DNA from: a virus
Strand: one strand, 5' to 3'
DNA length: 17,469 nucleotides
IMG/VR virus record: IMGVR_UViG_3300045988_160567
Span: 1 to 17,469 of that record
Shown here: positions 5,701 through 14,147 of the stretch, piece by piece
Layout of the letters: the number at the start of each line of letters is the position of its first letter
Position numbering within the stretch: the first letter of the stretch is position 1
Notes under the pieces: model-generated
Told to the model about the DNA's origin: nothing
What the model saw: the letters and a program-made list of their open reading frames with translations, nothing else
Database searches by the model: none
Program-made: the position numbers and the translations under genes

Positions 5701-5709
5701 TGTTATATT
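5701..5709 (+). promoter_or_regulatory. Candidate extended -10 element (TGTTATATT) of a late promoter
   Basis: TGn plus TATATT sits immediately upstream of the late operon. There is no recognisable -35 element, so the promoter may be activator-dependent. The call rests on sequence pattern only. Confidence 0.3.
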
Positions 5710-5754
5710 GGGACGGGGAATTGGATTTCAATTCCCCGTCCCGCTCTTTTATTT
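5710..5754 (+). terminator. Rho-independent terminator ending the left early operon
   Basis: Perfect 14-bp stem GGGACGGGGAATTG (5710-5723) / CAATTCCCCGTCCC (5729-5742) with loop GATTT, followed by GCTCTTTTATTT. Confidence 0.75.
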
Positions 5755-5767
5755 GAGAGGAAATGTG

Positions 5768-6076
5768 ATGGCTGAGTTTTCAGATCTCATCGCAGCACTG
5801 CAGTCCGACTCCCCGCCTGAGAGTATTTATGATGACTTGACCGCCGCCTACGGTGAGCGCGCACAGCTGGCCGAGTCGGCTGGCGCCCGTGTGGCCGAGC
5901 TGGAGGCGGCCAATGCCGCGCTCCTGGCGGAGATCGGGGACCTCAAGGCCCGGAATTATGACCTTCTCGTGCGCGTGGGGGATGATTCCCCGGCCGATTC
6001 GGGAGATTCCGGGGCTGGCGAGGATGAACGGGCGGAGACCATTACTGTGGATGATCTTTTCAAGGAGGATGAGTGA
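5768..6076 (+). CDS. Scaffolding protein (phi29 gp7-like), 102 aa
   Basis: ATG 5768 follows the RBS GAGAGGAAA. The protein is acidic with a helical coiled-coil character (AELEAANAALLAEIGDLKARNYDLL). Its C-terminus ETITVDDLFKEDE resembles phi29 gp7 ETITIEDLEAK. The gene lies directly upstream of the capsid gene. Confidence 0.8.
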   Translation: MAEFSDLIAALQSDSPPESIYDDLTAAYGERAQLAESAGARVAELEAANAALLAEIGDLKARNYDLLVRVGDDSPADSGDSGAGEDERAETITVDDLFKEDE

Positions 6077-7476
6077 TCGTGGGACGCAATCCCGGCGTTA
6101 TCATTGACGCCAACAACCAAGATGTACTGAACGCGATTCGGAATGGGGCGTCGTTTGATTATCAGCGGCGTATTCCGGCGGCCACGCAGGCGAATGTCTC
6201 GGAGGTCCTGGGCACGCTGACGCGCTATCGTCCCCTTTACAATGAGTTCTGCGACGCGCTCGTCAACCGAATCGGCCTCGTGGTCGCCCGGAATAACATC
6301 TGGACGAATCCGTTGGCCGTTTTCAAGCGCGGCAATATTGTGCACGGATCGCAGATCGAGGAGATCCAGACGGGTCTTATCGAGGCGCGCGAGTACTCTC
6401 CTCAGCGCGATTATCTTGAGGGCGAGATCTTCGGGCAGAAGCGACTGGACGTTCGCTCCGCATTTCACACGGTGAATCGCCAGAATTACTATCCCGTGAC
6501 CGTGAATGAGGCGATTCTCCGCCGTGCGTTCCTCGAGGACGGCGGCCTCTCCTCGTTCGTCTCCCAGGTCATGTCCGCGCCGACGACGTCGGATCAGTGG
6601 GACGAGTTCCTGCTCATGACGTCTCTTTTCAAGGTCATGGACTCCACAGCGAGTATTTTCCGCGTCAAGTCGCCGAATCTTCAGCCGCTGAGCGCGACGG
6701 CCGAGGATGCCCGGGCTGCGCTCAAGGTCCTACGGGCGACGGCCGGGCGGCTGGGATTCCTGTCCACCAATTATAATCCCGCGAGGATGCCGACTTTCGC
6801 GTCCCCCGAGGATCTTGTCATCTTCGCGTCCCCGGAGTTCGTCGCGAATATTGACGTGGAGGCGCTCGCCGCGGCGTTCAATATGGACCGGGCGGACGCG
6901 CCGTCGCGGATTATTCAGATCCCACAGGAATGCTTCGGGATCACTGAGTGTCAGGCGATTCTGACGACGCGCGATTTCTTCATGGTCGCGGACACGCTCA
7001 TCGAGACGCGTTCGCAGATCAATCCGGTCGGGCTCACGACGAATTATTTCCTGCACCATCACGAGATCATTTCGGCGTCGCGTTTCGCGCCGTGCGTGAT
7101 GCTGACGACGGGAACTGCGACCGTGATCCCGGCCGCCCCGAAGGCGCCGGTCCTGGGCGCGCTGACGGTGAAGCGGCTGGACGGCTCGGATGTGCCGGCG
7201 ACGGGCGCGGTGCCGGGGGAGACGCTTGTCGTGTCCGCTCCCGTGACCGGGGGCGATGGTTTCGAGTGGGGTATTGATTTCGAGGTCAGATACAATCTGT
7301 CCTCGAAGACGCGGATCGATAATGAGGGCGTGCTCACGATTTCCCCGTCGGAGAAGGGTGGTTCGCTCACGATCGTGGCGTCTCTCGCCTACAGGCCCGC
7401 GGATAATCCTCAGGCCGCCCCGAGCGAGAAGAATGCGTCGATCAAGGTCGAGATCGCGAAGGCGATCAAGGAGTGA
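6073..7476 (+). CDS. Major capsid protein (phi29 gp8-like) with a C-terminal Ig-like (BIG2-type) domain, 467 aa
   Basis: Several segments resemble phi29 gp8 as I remember it: DVLNAIRNG, NRIGLVV, IEEI, FHTVNRQNYY, AFNMDRAD, DFFMVADTL and NYFLHHH. The C-terminal ~100 aa are beta-rich and Ig-like. The start is GTG 6073 or GTG 6079, after AAGGAGGA. Confidence 0.93.
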   Translation: MIVGRNPGVIIDANNQDVLNAIRNGASFDYQRRIPAATQANVSEVLGTLTRYRPLYNEFCDALVNRIGLVVARNNIWTNPLAVFKRGNIVHGSQIEEIQTGLIEAREYSPQRDYLEGEIFGQKRLDVRSAFHTVNRQNYYPVTVNEAILRRAFLEDGGLSSFVSQVMSAPTTSDQWDEFLLMTSLFKVMDSTASIFRVKSPNLQPLSATAEDARAALKVLRATAGRLGFLSTNYNPARMPTFASPEDLVIFASPEFVANIDVEALAAAFNMDRADAPSRIIQIPQECFGITECQAILTTRDFFMVADTLIETRSQINPVGLTTNYFLHHHEIISASRFAPCVMLTTGTATVIPAAPKAPVLGALTVKRLDGSDVPATGAVPGETLVVSAPVTGGDGFEWGIDFEVRYNLSSKTRIDNEGVLTISPSEKGGSLTIVASLAYRPADNPQAAPSEKNASIKVEIAKAIKE

Positions 7477-7485
7477 CGATTTCGC

Positions 7486-7517
7486 GGGCGCCCGGGAATA
7501 TTATTTCCCGGGCGCCC
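7486..7517 (+). terminator. GC-rich hairpin after the capsid gene, a possible attenuator or RNA-stability element
   Basis: 13-bp stem GGGCGCCCGGGAA / TTCCCGGGCGCCC with loop TATTAT. No T-tract follows it, so it is probably a partial terminator or a processing/stability element. Confidence 0.4.
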
Positions 7518-7533
7518 GGGAAAGGATTATCGA

Positions 7534-9660
7534 ATGTCTTCGGCTTTTGACCCGGTTAATGATCCCGGCGATTTCGGGCTTGATTTTTCATACGCCACCT
7601 GGACGCCCGGCACTACTGTGACGCTGTGTAATGTGCCGTGGGACATGGGCTACCGCAACGTGGTCTGGTACAAATCCGACGAGGAATGTTTCCGCGATAT
7701 CATCGCGAACGGCCGCAGCATTGAGATCACGGCCATGACGTATTGCGCGCACGGGCGTCCCGTGCGGATTCCGACGTCTTTCACGGACGCCTCGAAGTAC
7801 AATTACTGCGTCGTCCGGAACGGGCGTGAGGGCGGCGCCCGCCCGAAGATGTATTTCTATTTCATCACGTCCGTGGAGTACGTCGCGCCCGGGACTACGC
7901 AGATCACCCTGCAGCTGGACGTGTGGCAGACGTGGGTGCGCACCGTGAAAATGGGCCGCTGCTATATCGAGCGCTCGCATTTCGTCGAGGCATGCCAGCC
8001 GGCCGGCGACGGCGCCGTGGCACTCGATTACATGCGGAAACGGCTCACGGTGGCCGAGGGACTGGACATGGGCTCCGATTATGTGACGCGCGATTTCATG
8101 CGCAAACCGTTGGCCGACCCTCTGGGCGGGGATCCCGCGCCCGTCGTCGTCATCTGCGCGACCACTAATCTCACGACCGCGTACGGCACCGTGGATAAGC
8201 CGGAACTCAAGACGGCGACGGGCTCCAGTGCGGAGATGCTGCCCAATGGGTGCGAGATCTGGGCGGTGAAGATGAAGGATTTCTCACCCATGATCACCCA
8301 CCTGAAGGATTACCCGTGGGTGTCCCAGGGCATCATCTCCATCACCATGGTACCGGAGTCGGCGATCTTCAAGCACGTGTTCCTGTCACAGAATCCGCAG
8401 AAACTCAACGGCGGCGCCGGCCCCGCGTGCCTCTACTCCATGAATGTGAACTCGGGGGAGGAGCAGCACGTCCGCGTGGATATTGATTTCGCCGGCGATC
8501 TCGTGCACTGGATTCGCAGCACAATTCCCGAACGGTACCGGAGGTTCATGAAGTTCGCCTGCTACCCGTACGCGGCGATCGAATTGACGACGTACACGGC
8601 GACGCCCATCGTGCTCAAGCCCGAACTTTTCGGATCGCCGTCATTGCGAGTCACGCAATTGTCCCACGCCGTGCCGCCCAATCCGCGGATCATGTTCTTC
8701 CCCATGTCCTATGGTGACCGGAAGACGCAGTGGGGTAATTTTGACGACGACGCGGGCGAGTACCTGGACATGGCGGTCGGCATTTCTAACTTGCCGACTT
8801 TCAGTGTGCTCAATAACGGGTACCTGTCCTATATGGCGTCCAGCGCGCATTCGATCGCCTATCAGTATCAGGCGGCGGACTGGTCGCAGGCGAAGGCGCA
8901 GATGGCCGCACAGACCGCATACAATATCGCGGGGAATAATATTGCCACTTCGGCGGCGATCACCAACCAAAGCAACGCGAATATGGGGCAGCAACAGCAT
9001 GTCCGCAACATTCAAAACGCCGCTAATACTGGGCTCGGAATGGTGGGCTCGCTGGCAGGCGGGAATATTCTCGGTGCCGTGACCCAGGGTGTTTCCGGGT
9101 ACGTGAATTATGAGGCCGGGAACGCGCTCACTCAATTGTCCCAGCAAAATGCGTCGGCGATCAACGCGATTCAAACCCGGTCCGGGAACCAACAGCGGGA
9201 CATGAACCTCGAATTGGCGAACGCGACGCGGCGCGGGGATTATCAGTCCGCCATCGCGGGAATCAATGCGAAGACCCAGGATGCGCGGCTCATTCAACCG
9301 ACGACGTCCGGTCAGGTGGGCGGTGAGGCATTCGTCCTGGCGGCGGACCAGTGGAAGCTCGTGGCGAAGATCAAAACGATCCCGGATGGGGCGATGCGCA
9401 CCATCGGGGAGTACTGGCTGAGGTACGGGCAGGCGGCGAATGTTTTCGCCCGGCTCCCCGTTGATTTCCTGTGCATGACGCATTTCACGTACTGGAAGTG
9501 TCTTGAGGTGACGTGCACTTCCCAGTCCTGCCCGGAGTCTTTCCGGGCGACGATCTGCGGTATACTGGAGCAGGGCGTCACGGTGTGGCGGAATAAGGCG
9601 CACATCGGGAATATGGATTACGGTGAGAACAGGCCACTGAAGGATTGGAGTGATCAGTGA
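7534..9660 (+). CDS. Tail knob / distal tube protein (phi29 gp9-like), 708 aa
   Basis: The N-terminal region (VTLCNVPWDMGYRNVVW...KYNYCVV...MYFYFITSVEYVAPGTTQITLQLDVWQTWV...CYIERSH) parallels phi29 gp9 (ADVPFSNDYKNTRWF...WFYAFVTELEF...HFEIDVLQTWMF...FIVREH). Its position after the capsid gene also fits. Confidence 0.88.
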   Translation: MSSAFDPVNDPGDFGLDFSYATWTPGTTVTLCNVPWDMGYRNVVWYKSDEECFRDIIANGRSIEITAMTYCAHGRPVRIPTSFTDASKYNYCVVRNGREGGARPKMYFYFITSVEYVAPGTTQITLQLDVWQTWVRTVKMGRCYIERSHFVEACQPAGDGAVALDYMRKRLTVAEGLDMGSDYVTRDFMRKPLADPLGGDPAPVVVICATTNLTTAYGTVDKPELKTATGSSAEMLPNGCEIWAVKMKDFSPMITHLKDYPWVSQGIISITMVPESAIFKHVFLSQNPQKLNGGAGPACLYSMNVNSGEEQHVRVDIDFAGDLVHWIRSTIPERYRRFMKFACYPYAAIELTTYTATPIVLKPELFGSPSLRVTQLSHAVPPNPRIMFFPMSYGDRKTQWGNFDDDAGEYLDMAVGISNLPTFSVLNNGYLSYMASSAHSIAYQYQAADWSQAKAQMAAQTAYNIAGNNIATSAAITNQSNANMGQQQHVRNIQNAANTGLGMVGSLAGGNILGAVTQGVSGYVNYEAGNALTQLSQQNASAINAIQTRSGNQQRDMNLELANATRRGDYQSAIAGINAKTQDARLIQPTTSGQVGGEAFVLAADQWKLVAKIKTIPDGAMRTIGEYWLRYGQAANVFARLPVDFLCMTHFTYWKCLEVTCTSQSCPESFRATICGILEQGVTVWRNKAHIGNMDYGENRPLKDWSDQ

Positions 9661-10550
9661 TGGGCAGGCGCAAGCGCCCCGACCACGTCAAGAATAATAT
9701 CTATGACAATTTCGGCAAGCCTCTTTCTGTAGATAATTCCGCGTCGCGCCGCGACGTCATGGTCACCATGTACACGCGCCTGCTGGAGGACATGGCGCTG
9801 GCGCGGTTCAAATGGCGTAATATGCCGCCCGGGATTGACGTCCGTTATCTTGAGCAGGCCCTCATCCGCAACGGATTGGCGGCCTTCTATTTCGACGCGG
9901 ATTATGATCGATTCATGTGCCTCACCGCCACGCCCGCGGGCGTCGTCAATATGTATGACAATCCGACCGATTTTCAGGTGTACGGCAATTCCATGGTCAA
10001 TAAGGTGATCTCCGGACGCGATTGCATCCCCATCTGGGGCAACCGTACGCGCACTCCCGAACTCGACGCTATCATGATCTTCGCCCAGCGTCTCGCGGAA
10101 ATCGACGTGACATTCGACGTGACCGCGCTCGCACTGCGCCATCCCTACATCATCTCGGCCTCGCAGGATGAGCGCGTGAGCATGATCAATGCTTTCCGCA
10201 GCGTCGCCGACGGCGACCCCGTCATTTTCACGACCGACGCCATGGGGCCCGCGGCGCTCGGTGAGCGGGCCCAGGTCCTGGATATGCGCTTGGAGAAGGG
10301 GACCGTTGCCGATATTCAAGCCGCGAAATCGCGCGTCTGGGACGAGGCCCTCACATATCTGGGCGTGAAAAACGTGAATGACGATAAGCGCGAAAGAATG
10401 GTGGTAGAAGAGGCCGTCGGCAGCATGGGACAGGTCGCCATGATGCGCACCGTGAGCATCGGCCCGCGCCGCGATGCGGCACGGGAGATCAACAGGAAGT
10501 ACGGACTCGACGTTATTGTTGAGTGGGCGCCTCAGGAGGATGAGATCTAA
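9657..10550 (+). CDS. Portal / upper collar connector (phi29 gp10-like), 297 aa
   Basis: FKWRNMPPGID, FAQRLAEID, DPVIFT and VWDEALTYLGVKNVNDDKRERMVVEE match the conserved connector motifs ([45 protein letters not shown]). The start is GTG 9657 or ATG 9660. Confidence 0.95.
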   Translation: MMGRRKRPDHVKNNIYDNFGKPLSVDNSASRRDVMVTMYTRLLEDMALARFKWRNMPPGIDVRYLEQALIRNGLAAFYFDADYDRFMCLTATPAGVVNMYDNPTDFQVYGNSMVNKVISGRDCIPIWGNRTRTPELDAIMIFAQRLAEIDVTFDVTALALRHPYIISASQDERVSMINAFRSVADGDPVIFTTDAMGPAALGERAQVLDMRLEKGTVADIQAAKSRVWDEALTYLGVKNVNDDKRERMVVEEAVGSMGQVAMMRTVSIGPRRDAAREINRKYGLDVIVEWAPQEDEI

Positions 10551-11281
10551 TGGGCGAGTACACGCTCGAACTGCGTGAGATCGTTGAGGTCTGCGACGTC
10601 GCCGGGCTCGCGCTGTCCGATTATCCGATTTGGGATGAGGGGCACCGGGCCGCGCTCAACGGCAAAATCATTGACCATTATTGGTATCATGAGATCGCTC
10701 ATGAGACCTCCGATCAATTCATCCGGCGTCTGCGCACGAAAATGCGTGAGATCATGCCTTTCTACTGCGAGTACGCGAAAACTCTGCCCGACGCCGAGAT
10801 CATGATGGCTGACGTGGATATGACGGTGGCGTCGGACGGGCGCGCCAGTAATAAATCCGGGCTGGACTCGCGCACCACGACTAAGGATGAGTCCTCGCAA
10901 GAGAGCGCGTCCAATACTGACACCGCCTCGAAGACGCGGGCCGTCAATTCGGAGGCGCCCCAATCCCGGCTCGCGGGAAACGCCGATTACGCCACGAGCG
11001 CCGTGGATACTAATTCGTCGGGCGATTCTCGCGCCACGGGCACCCAGAAAAACACCGGCACCGGCGATAATCGCACCAATACCGCCTCAACGGGCGAGGA
11101 CGAATCCCACAATATCACGCGCACCACGGGTCGCGGCAGGCCGGCGGCCGAGATGATCGCCGCCTGGCGTGCGACCATCGCGAATATTGATATGATGATC
11201 GTAGAGGACCTGTCCGGGCTCTTCCTGTCCGTCTGGGGCCTTGACAGTACATTCACCGACCGCTACCCGACCTATTGGTGA
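10550..11281 (+). CDS. Lower collar / tail tube protein (phi29 gp11-like), 243 aa
   Basis: Synteny supports the call. So does the N-terminal pattern DYPIWDEGHRAALNGKIIDHYWYHEIAHETSDQF...KMREIMPFY, which is typical of picovirus lower collar proteins. The central region is rich in Ser, Thr, Asn and Asp. The start overlaps the upstream stop as TAATG, after AGGAGGA. Confidence 0.85.
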   Translation: MGEYTLELREIVEVCDVAGLALSDYPIWDEGHRAALNGKIIDHYWYHEIAHETSDQFIRRLRTKMREIMPFYCEYAKTLPDAEIMMADVDMTVASDGRASNKSGLDSRTTTKDESSQESASNTDTASKTRAVNSEAPQSRLAGNADYATSAVDTNSSGDSRATGTQKNTGTGDNRTNTASTGEDESHNITRTTGRGRPAAEMIAAWRATIANIDMMIVEDLSGLFLSVWGLDSTFTDRYPTYW

Positions 11282-11294
11282 GAGGACCAATACT

Positions 11295-12794
11295 ATGACG
11301 CTCATCCCCGATAATTATTTCATCCGCCCCAGGCGCGTCAATGACATCGTCCCGCTCACGCGCACCGACGGATACACCTACCTCGAGCTACTCGAGAAGG
11401 TACGCGCCGCCGTATCCGACGTAATTGATTACTGCAATAAGTTCGGCGACGACATCGACGATATTATCAAGGACGTGAACAATACTGTTGACAAGTTCAT
11501 CAAGGACGTCGCCGCGAACCTCACCGAATATGACGCGCATATCGACGCGCGCAAGAAGGAAATCGCCGACCTTCACAAGGCCACAGAAGATTTCATTACC
11601 GAGTTCAAGTCCAAGGTTATTACGGCGCATTTCCAGACCGACGCGACCGGCGATAACGCCACGGCACCGACCGCCGACCCCCAGGTGCGCATCAGCATGC
11701 TCACCACGGCCGGCGCCAGCCGGCTCCGAGACGCCCTCACCGCACTCATAGAGGCCGAGCGCACCGCACGAGTCCAGGCGCAGACCGACGCCGCGAGCGC
11801 CGCCGACGCCGCCCACGAGCAGCTGCGCATCTCGATATCCCAGCGACCCACGCGGGAGGAGGGCGCCCGGCTTTACGCCCCGCACACGCGGGACAGGGCG
11901 GTTTTCATCGGGTCCTCGAATGCGACCGTGAATGACAGGTGGACGCAGGATCTGTGCAATCATTTCGGTTGGGCGCACCATAATTTCGCGATCGGCGGCG
12001 GCGGATTCACGTCCTCCGCCAATTCGTCTTTCCTTTATCAGACTCAGAACGCGATTTCGAATATGTCTGAGGACCTTCGACGCGGGACCGGCTATTTCTT
12101 CGTCGCCGATATGCTCAACGATATTCGCGCGAACAATAATGTGGAAAGCCAGGCGGGCACGGTTTTCCGGCTCATCCGGAATAATTTTCCTAACGCGAGG
12201 ATCATCGTCATCCCCGTTTTCCTGAGCACGTCGCCCATGAATAAGTCGGTCCAGACGGCCCATTCCGCGAGCGCGCGCGAGAACGAGGCCGACCGGGCCG
12301 GCCTGCCCTTCGACGTCGAAATCATCCGCGGCTCGCAGTCGTGGTTCTACGCCACGCCCGGAGAATCCTCCGCCACTAATGAACCGGGCGGCGGCGTGCA
12401 TTTCACCGAGGCCGGCTACACGCAGGCCCGCATGTACATCCAGCGCTACATTTACGGCGGGGATACCTGGCGCAATTTCGGCTGGGAGAATCTCTACCCG
12501 CAGAGCACCGATAAGGTGGACCGTAATTTCAATTATCTGCGCGTCAGCCGATTCCACCACTTCGTCACCATTGACGGAAGTTTCCGCGTCGGCGGCGCCA
12601 CCGCCGGATATGACAGCGTGCTCATGAATCTGCCGCTCTGGGCAACACCCTATGAGTCGGCGTATTTCACCGTGTACGGTCGCGACCGCAGCCCTAGGGT
12701 CGTTTATGTTAATGATAAGGGACAACTCGCGTGCCGGGATCAACTTGCCCAGTGGGAGTACTATGACGTGAACGCCACATGGCGCATTTGGTGA
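11295..12794 (+). CDS. Tail appendage / receptor-binding protein with an SGNH (GDSL-type) esterase domain, 499 aa
   Basis: The gene sits where phi29 gp12 does. The N-terminus is helical coiled-coil. The SGNH blocks are VFIGSSNA (block I Ser), FAIGGGGF (block II Gly), ADMLNDI (block III Asn) and GGGVHFTEAGY (block V His). The tail is beta-rich. I preferred ATG 11295, after GAGAGGA, over the 11241 start. Confidence 0.75.
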   Translation: MTLIPDNYFIRPRRVNDIVPLTRTDGYTYLELLEKVRAAVSDVIDYCNKFGDDIDDIIKDVNNTVDKFIKDVAANLTEYDAHIDARKKEIADLHKATEDFITEFKSKVITAHFQTDATGDNATAPTADPQVRISMLTTAGASRLRDALTALIEAERTARVQAQTDAASAADAAHEQLRISISQRPTREEGARLYAPHTRDRAVFIGSSNATVNDRWTQDLCNHFGWAHHNFAIGGGGFTSSANSSFLYQTQNAISNMSEDLRRGTGYFFVADMLNDIRANNNVESQAGTVFRLIRNNFPNARIIVIPVFLSTSPMNKSVQTAHSASARENEADRAGLPFDVEIIRGSQSWFYATPGESSATNEPGGGVHFTEAGYTQARMYIQRYIYGGDTWRNFGWENLYPQSTDKVDRNFNYLRVSRFHHFVTIDGSFRVGGATAGYDSVLMNLPLWATPYESAYFTVYGRDRSPRVVYVNDKGQLACRDQLAQWEYYDVNATWRIW

Positions 12795-12800
12795 GTAAGC

Positions 12801-14147
12801 ATGGCTTTTGACGCGCAGCATAAAGCCTGCATCATCGCAACACTCGCGCAAGTGGAGGCGTCCGGCAATTATGGCACGATTACCGCGCCGGACACGCTCT
12901 CACTGGGCATCGGGCAGTGGACCCAGGGCCGCGCATATGACCTGCTGAAAAGATTCCCCGCGGGCACGGACTTCGGCGCCACGGTCAATTCCTGGCTCGC
13001 CCAGGGCCGGGACTCGTGGACGATTTCCGCACGCAAATACCAATACCTCAATTCAGCGGACCGGGCGGCATTATCCGGCGCACTCGCATCCCAGACGGGC
13101 CACCAAATCCAAGACTCCCAGATGGAAACGGACCTGACAAATGACTATATTCCCCGGTGCGCCGAACTCGGCCTCGACCCCGAAACCGAGACCGAGGCGT
13201 GCATGCTCCTAATAGTGGTCATGCACCGCTGGGGAAATTACGCGCGCATCCTGACCCGCCTCGCTGAAGGCGCCGGCCACCCTGCCACACTCGATTCAAT
13301 GTTCGCCGCCGTAAAAGCCGAAGGCGAATACGCCGCCGTACCCGGCCGCTATGACACGGCCGTCCCCATGATCCGAAACCTCCAGACAAATGGGGTCCAG
13401 ATCACGGGCGGCGACGGCAGCCAGCCCGGCGCCGGCTACAAACCGGGCGACGATTCAGGCGGGAAATCCCCGAAGGATCAAGTGAAATTGGAGAAGAATA
13501 AACTTCCCCTTTACGTCAGTAAATCGGGTTCCAACTTAATTCTCCACTACGCCGACGGGCGCACCATCACAGCCAGCCCCACACCCACAGGAGAGCACTG
13601 GCAGATATCCACATCCCAAGCGATCCACACGGGATCCACCGGCATCGGCACCGGACAGGCCCCGCCCGGCACCGGAGGCCAGCCCGGCGGCGGCGGCGGC
13701 GGCACAGCCGACGAGCGCATCCACAGGATGACCCAGGAGGCGCTGTCCACGCTCGGGAAATACGTCTACCACCAATGGTATCAGCCGCGACTTCATCCCG
13801 ACCAGTCCGGCGTATCCGACTGCTCCGGATGGACCTGGTACCTCATGATGAAATATTTGGGTGTGGATATTGACCCCAATGGCACGGCGGCAATTTGGGA
13901 TTCCCCTACCGGCTATGTAGTCGCCCAAGGTTCGGGGACATTCAACGCCGTGTCCCAGATCAAGGAGGGCGATTTGATCGTCTGCCGATGGTGGAGCGGC
14001 GGCGGCCACATAGAATACTGCCCCCAAACCGCCACCGACCTGTCCGTCGGAATGCGCGGACCCGACGGCGCAATGGGCCCCAACGGGCCATCGCCCGCCA
14101 CGTCACTTTTCACCGGATGCGAATGGAAATTGAAGCGATATGTCTGA
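12801..14147 (+). CDS. Tail-associated cell-wall hydrolase (phi29 gp13 analogue), 448 aa: lysozyme/transglycosylase-like N-domain, Gly/Pro linker, NlpC/P60-type cysteine peptidase C-domain
   Basis: The N-domain QVEASGNYG...LGIGQWTQ is SLT/lysozyme-like. The linker is GIGTGQAPPGTGGQPGGGGGGT. The C-domain has DCSGWTWYLM (catalytic Cys) and WWSGGGHIEYC (His). The position matches phi29 gene 13. Confidence 0.8.
   Translation: MAFDAQHKACIIATLAQVEASGNYGTITAPDTLSLGIGQWTQGRAYDLLKRFPAGTDFGATVNSWLAQGRDSWTISARKYQYLNSADRAALSGALASQTGHQIQDSQMETDLTNDYIPRCAELGLDPETETEACMLLIVVMHRWGNYARILTRLAEGAGHPATLDSMFAAVKAEGEYAAVPGRYDTAVPMIRNLQTNGVQITGGDGSQPGAGYKPGDDSGGKSPKDQVKLEKNKLPLYVSKSGSNLILHYADGRTITASPTPTGEHWQISTSQAIHTGSTGIGTGQAPPGTGGQPGGGGGGTADERIHRMTQEALSTLGKYVYHQWYQPRLHPDQSGVSDCSGWTWYLMMKYLGVDIDPNGTAAIWDSPTGYVVAQGSGTFNAVSQIKEGDLIVCRWWSGGGHIEYCPQTATDLSVGMRGPDGAMGPNGPSPATSLFTGCEWKLKRYV

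Noticed and set aside
5708-5767. The upstream TTG start that would extend the scaffold ORF to 5708.
   Set aside because: The extension would be translated through the 14-bp terminator stem and the T-tract. ATG 5768 has a well-spaced GAGAGGAAA RBS.
8641-10319. Long antisense ORFs at 8641-9603 and 9654-10319. Similar ones lie at 834-1397, 1352-1828, 4050-4652, 5956-6468 and 13536-14027.
   Set aside because: All lie opposite genes with strong homology-like motifs (knob, portal, polymerase, capsid, lysin). All have the Arg/Pro/Gly-rich composition typical of spurious antisense frames in GC-rich DNA, and none has an RBS.
11388-12851. A 487-aa ORF antisense to the whole appendage gene.
   Set aside because: It is codon-aligned with the sense gene (11388-11295 is a multiple of 3). 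Its stop codons would therefore require TTA, CTA or TCA codons in the sense frame, which are rare at this GC content. The product is Arg/Gly/Ala-rich with no motif. The sense strand carries clear SGNH motifs and an RBS.
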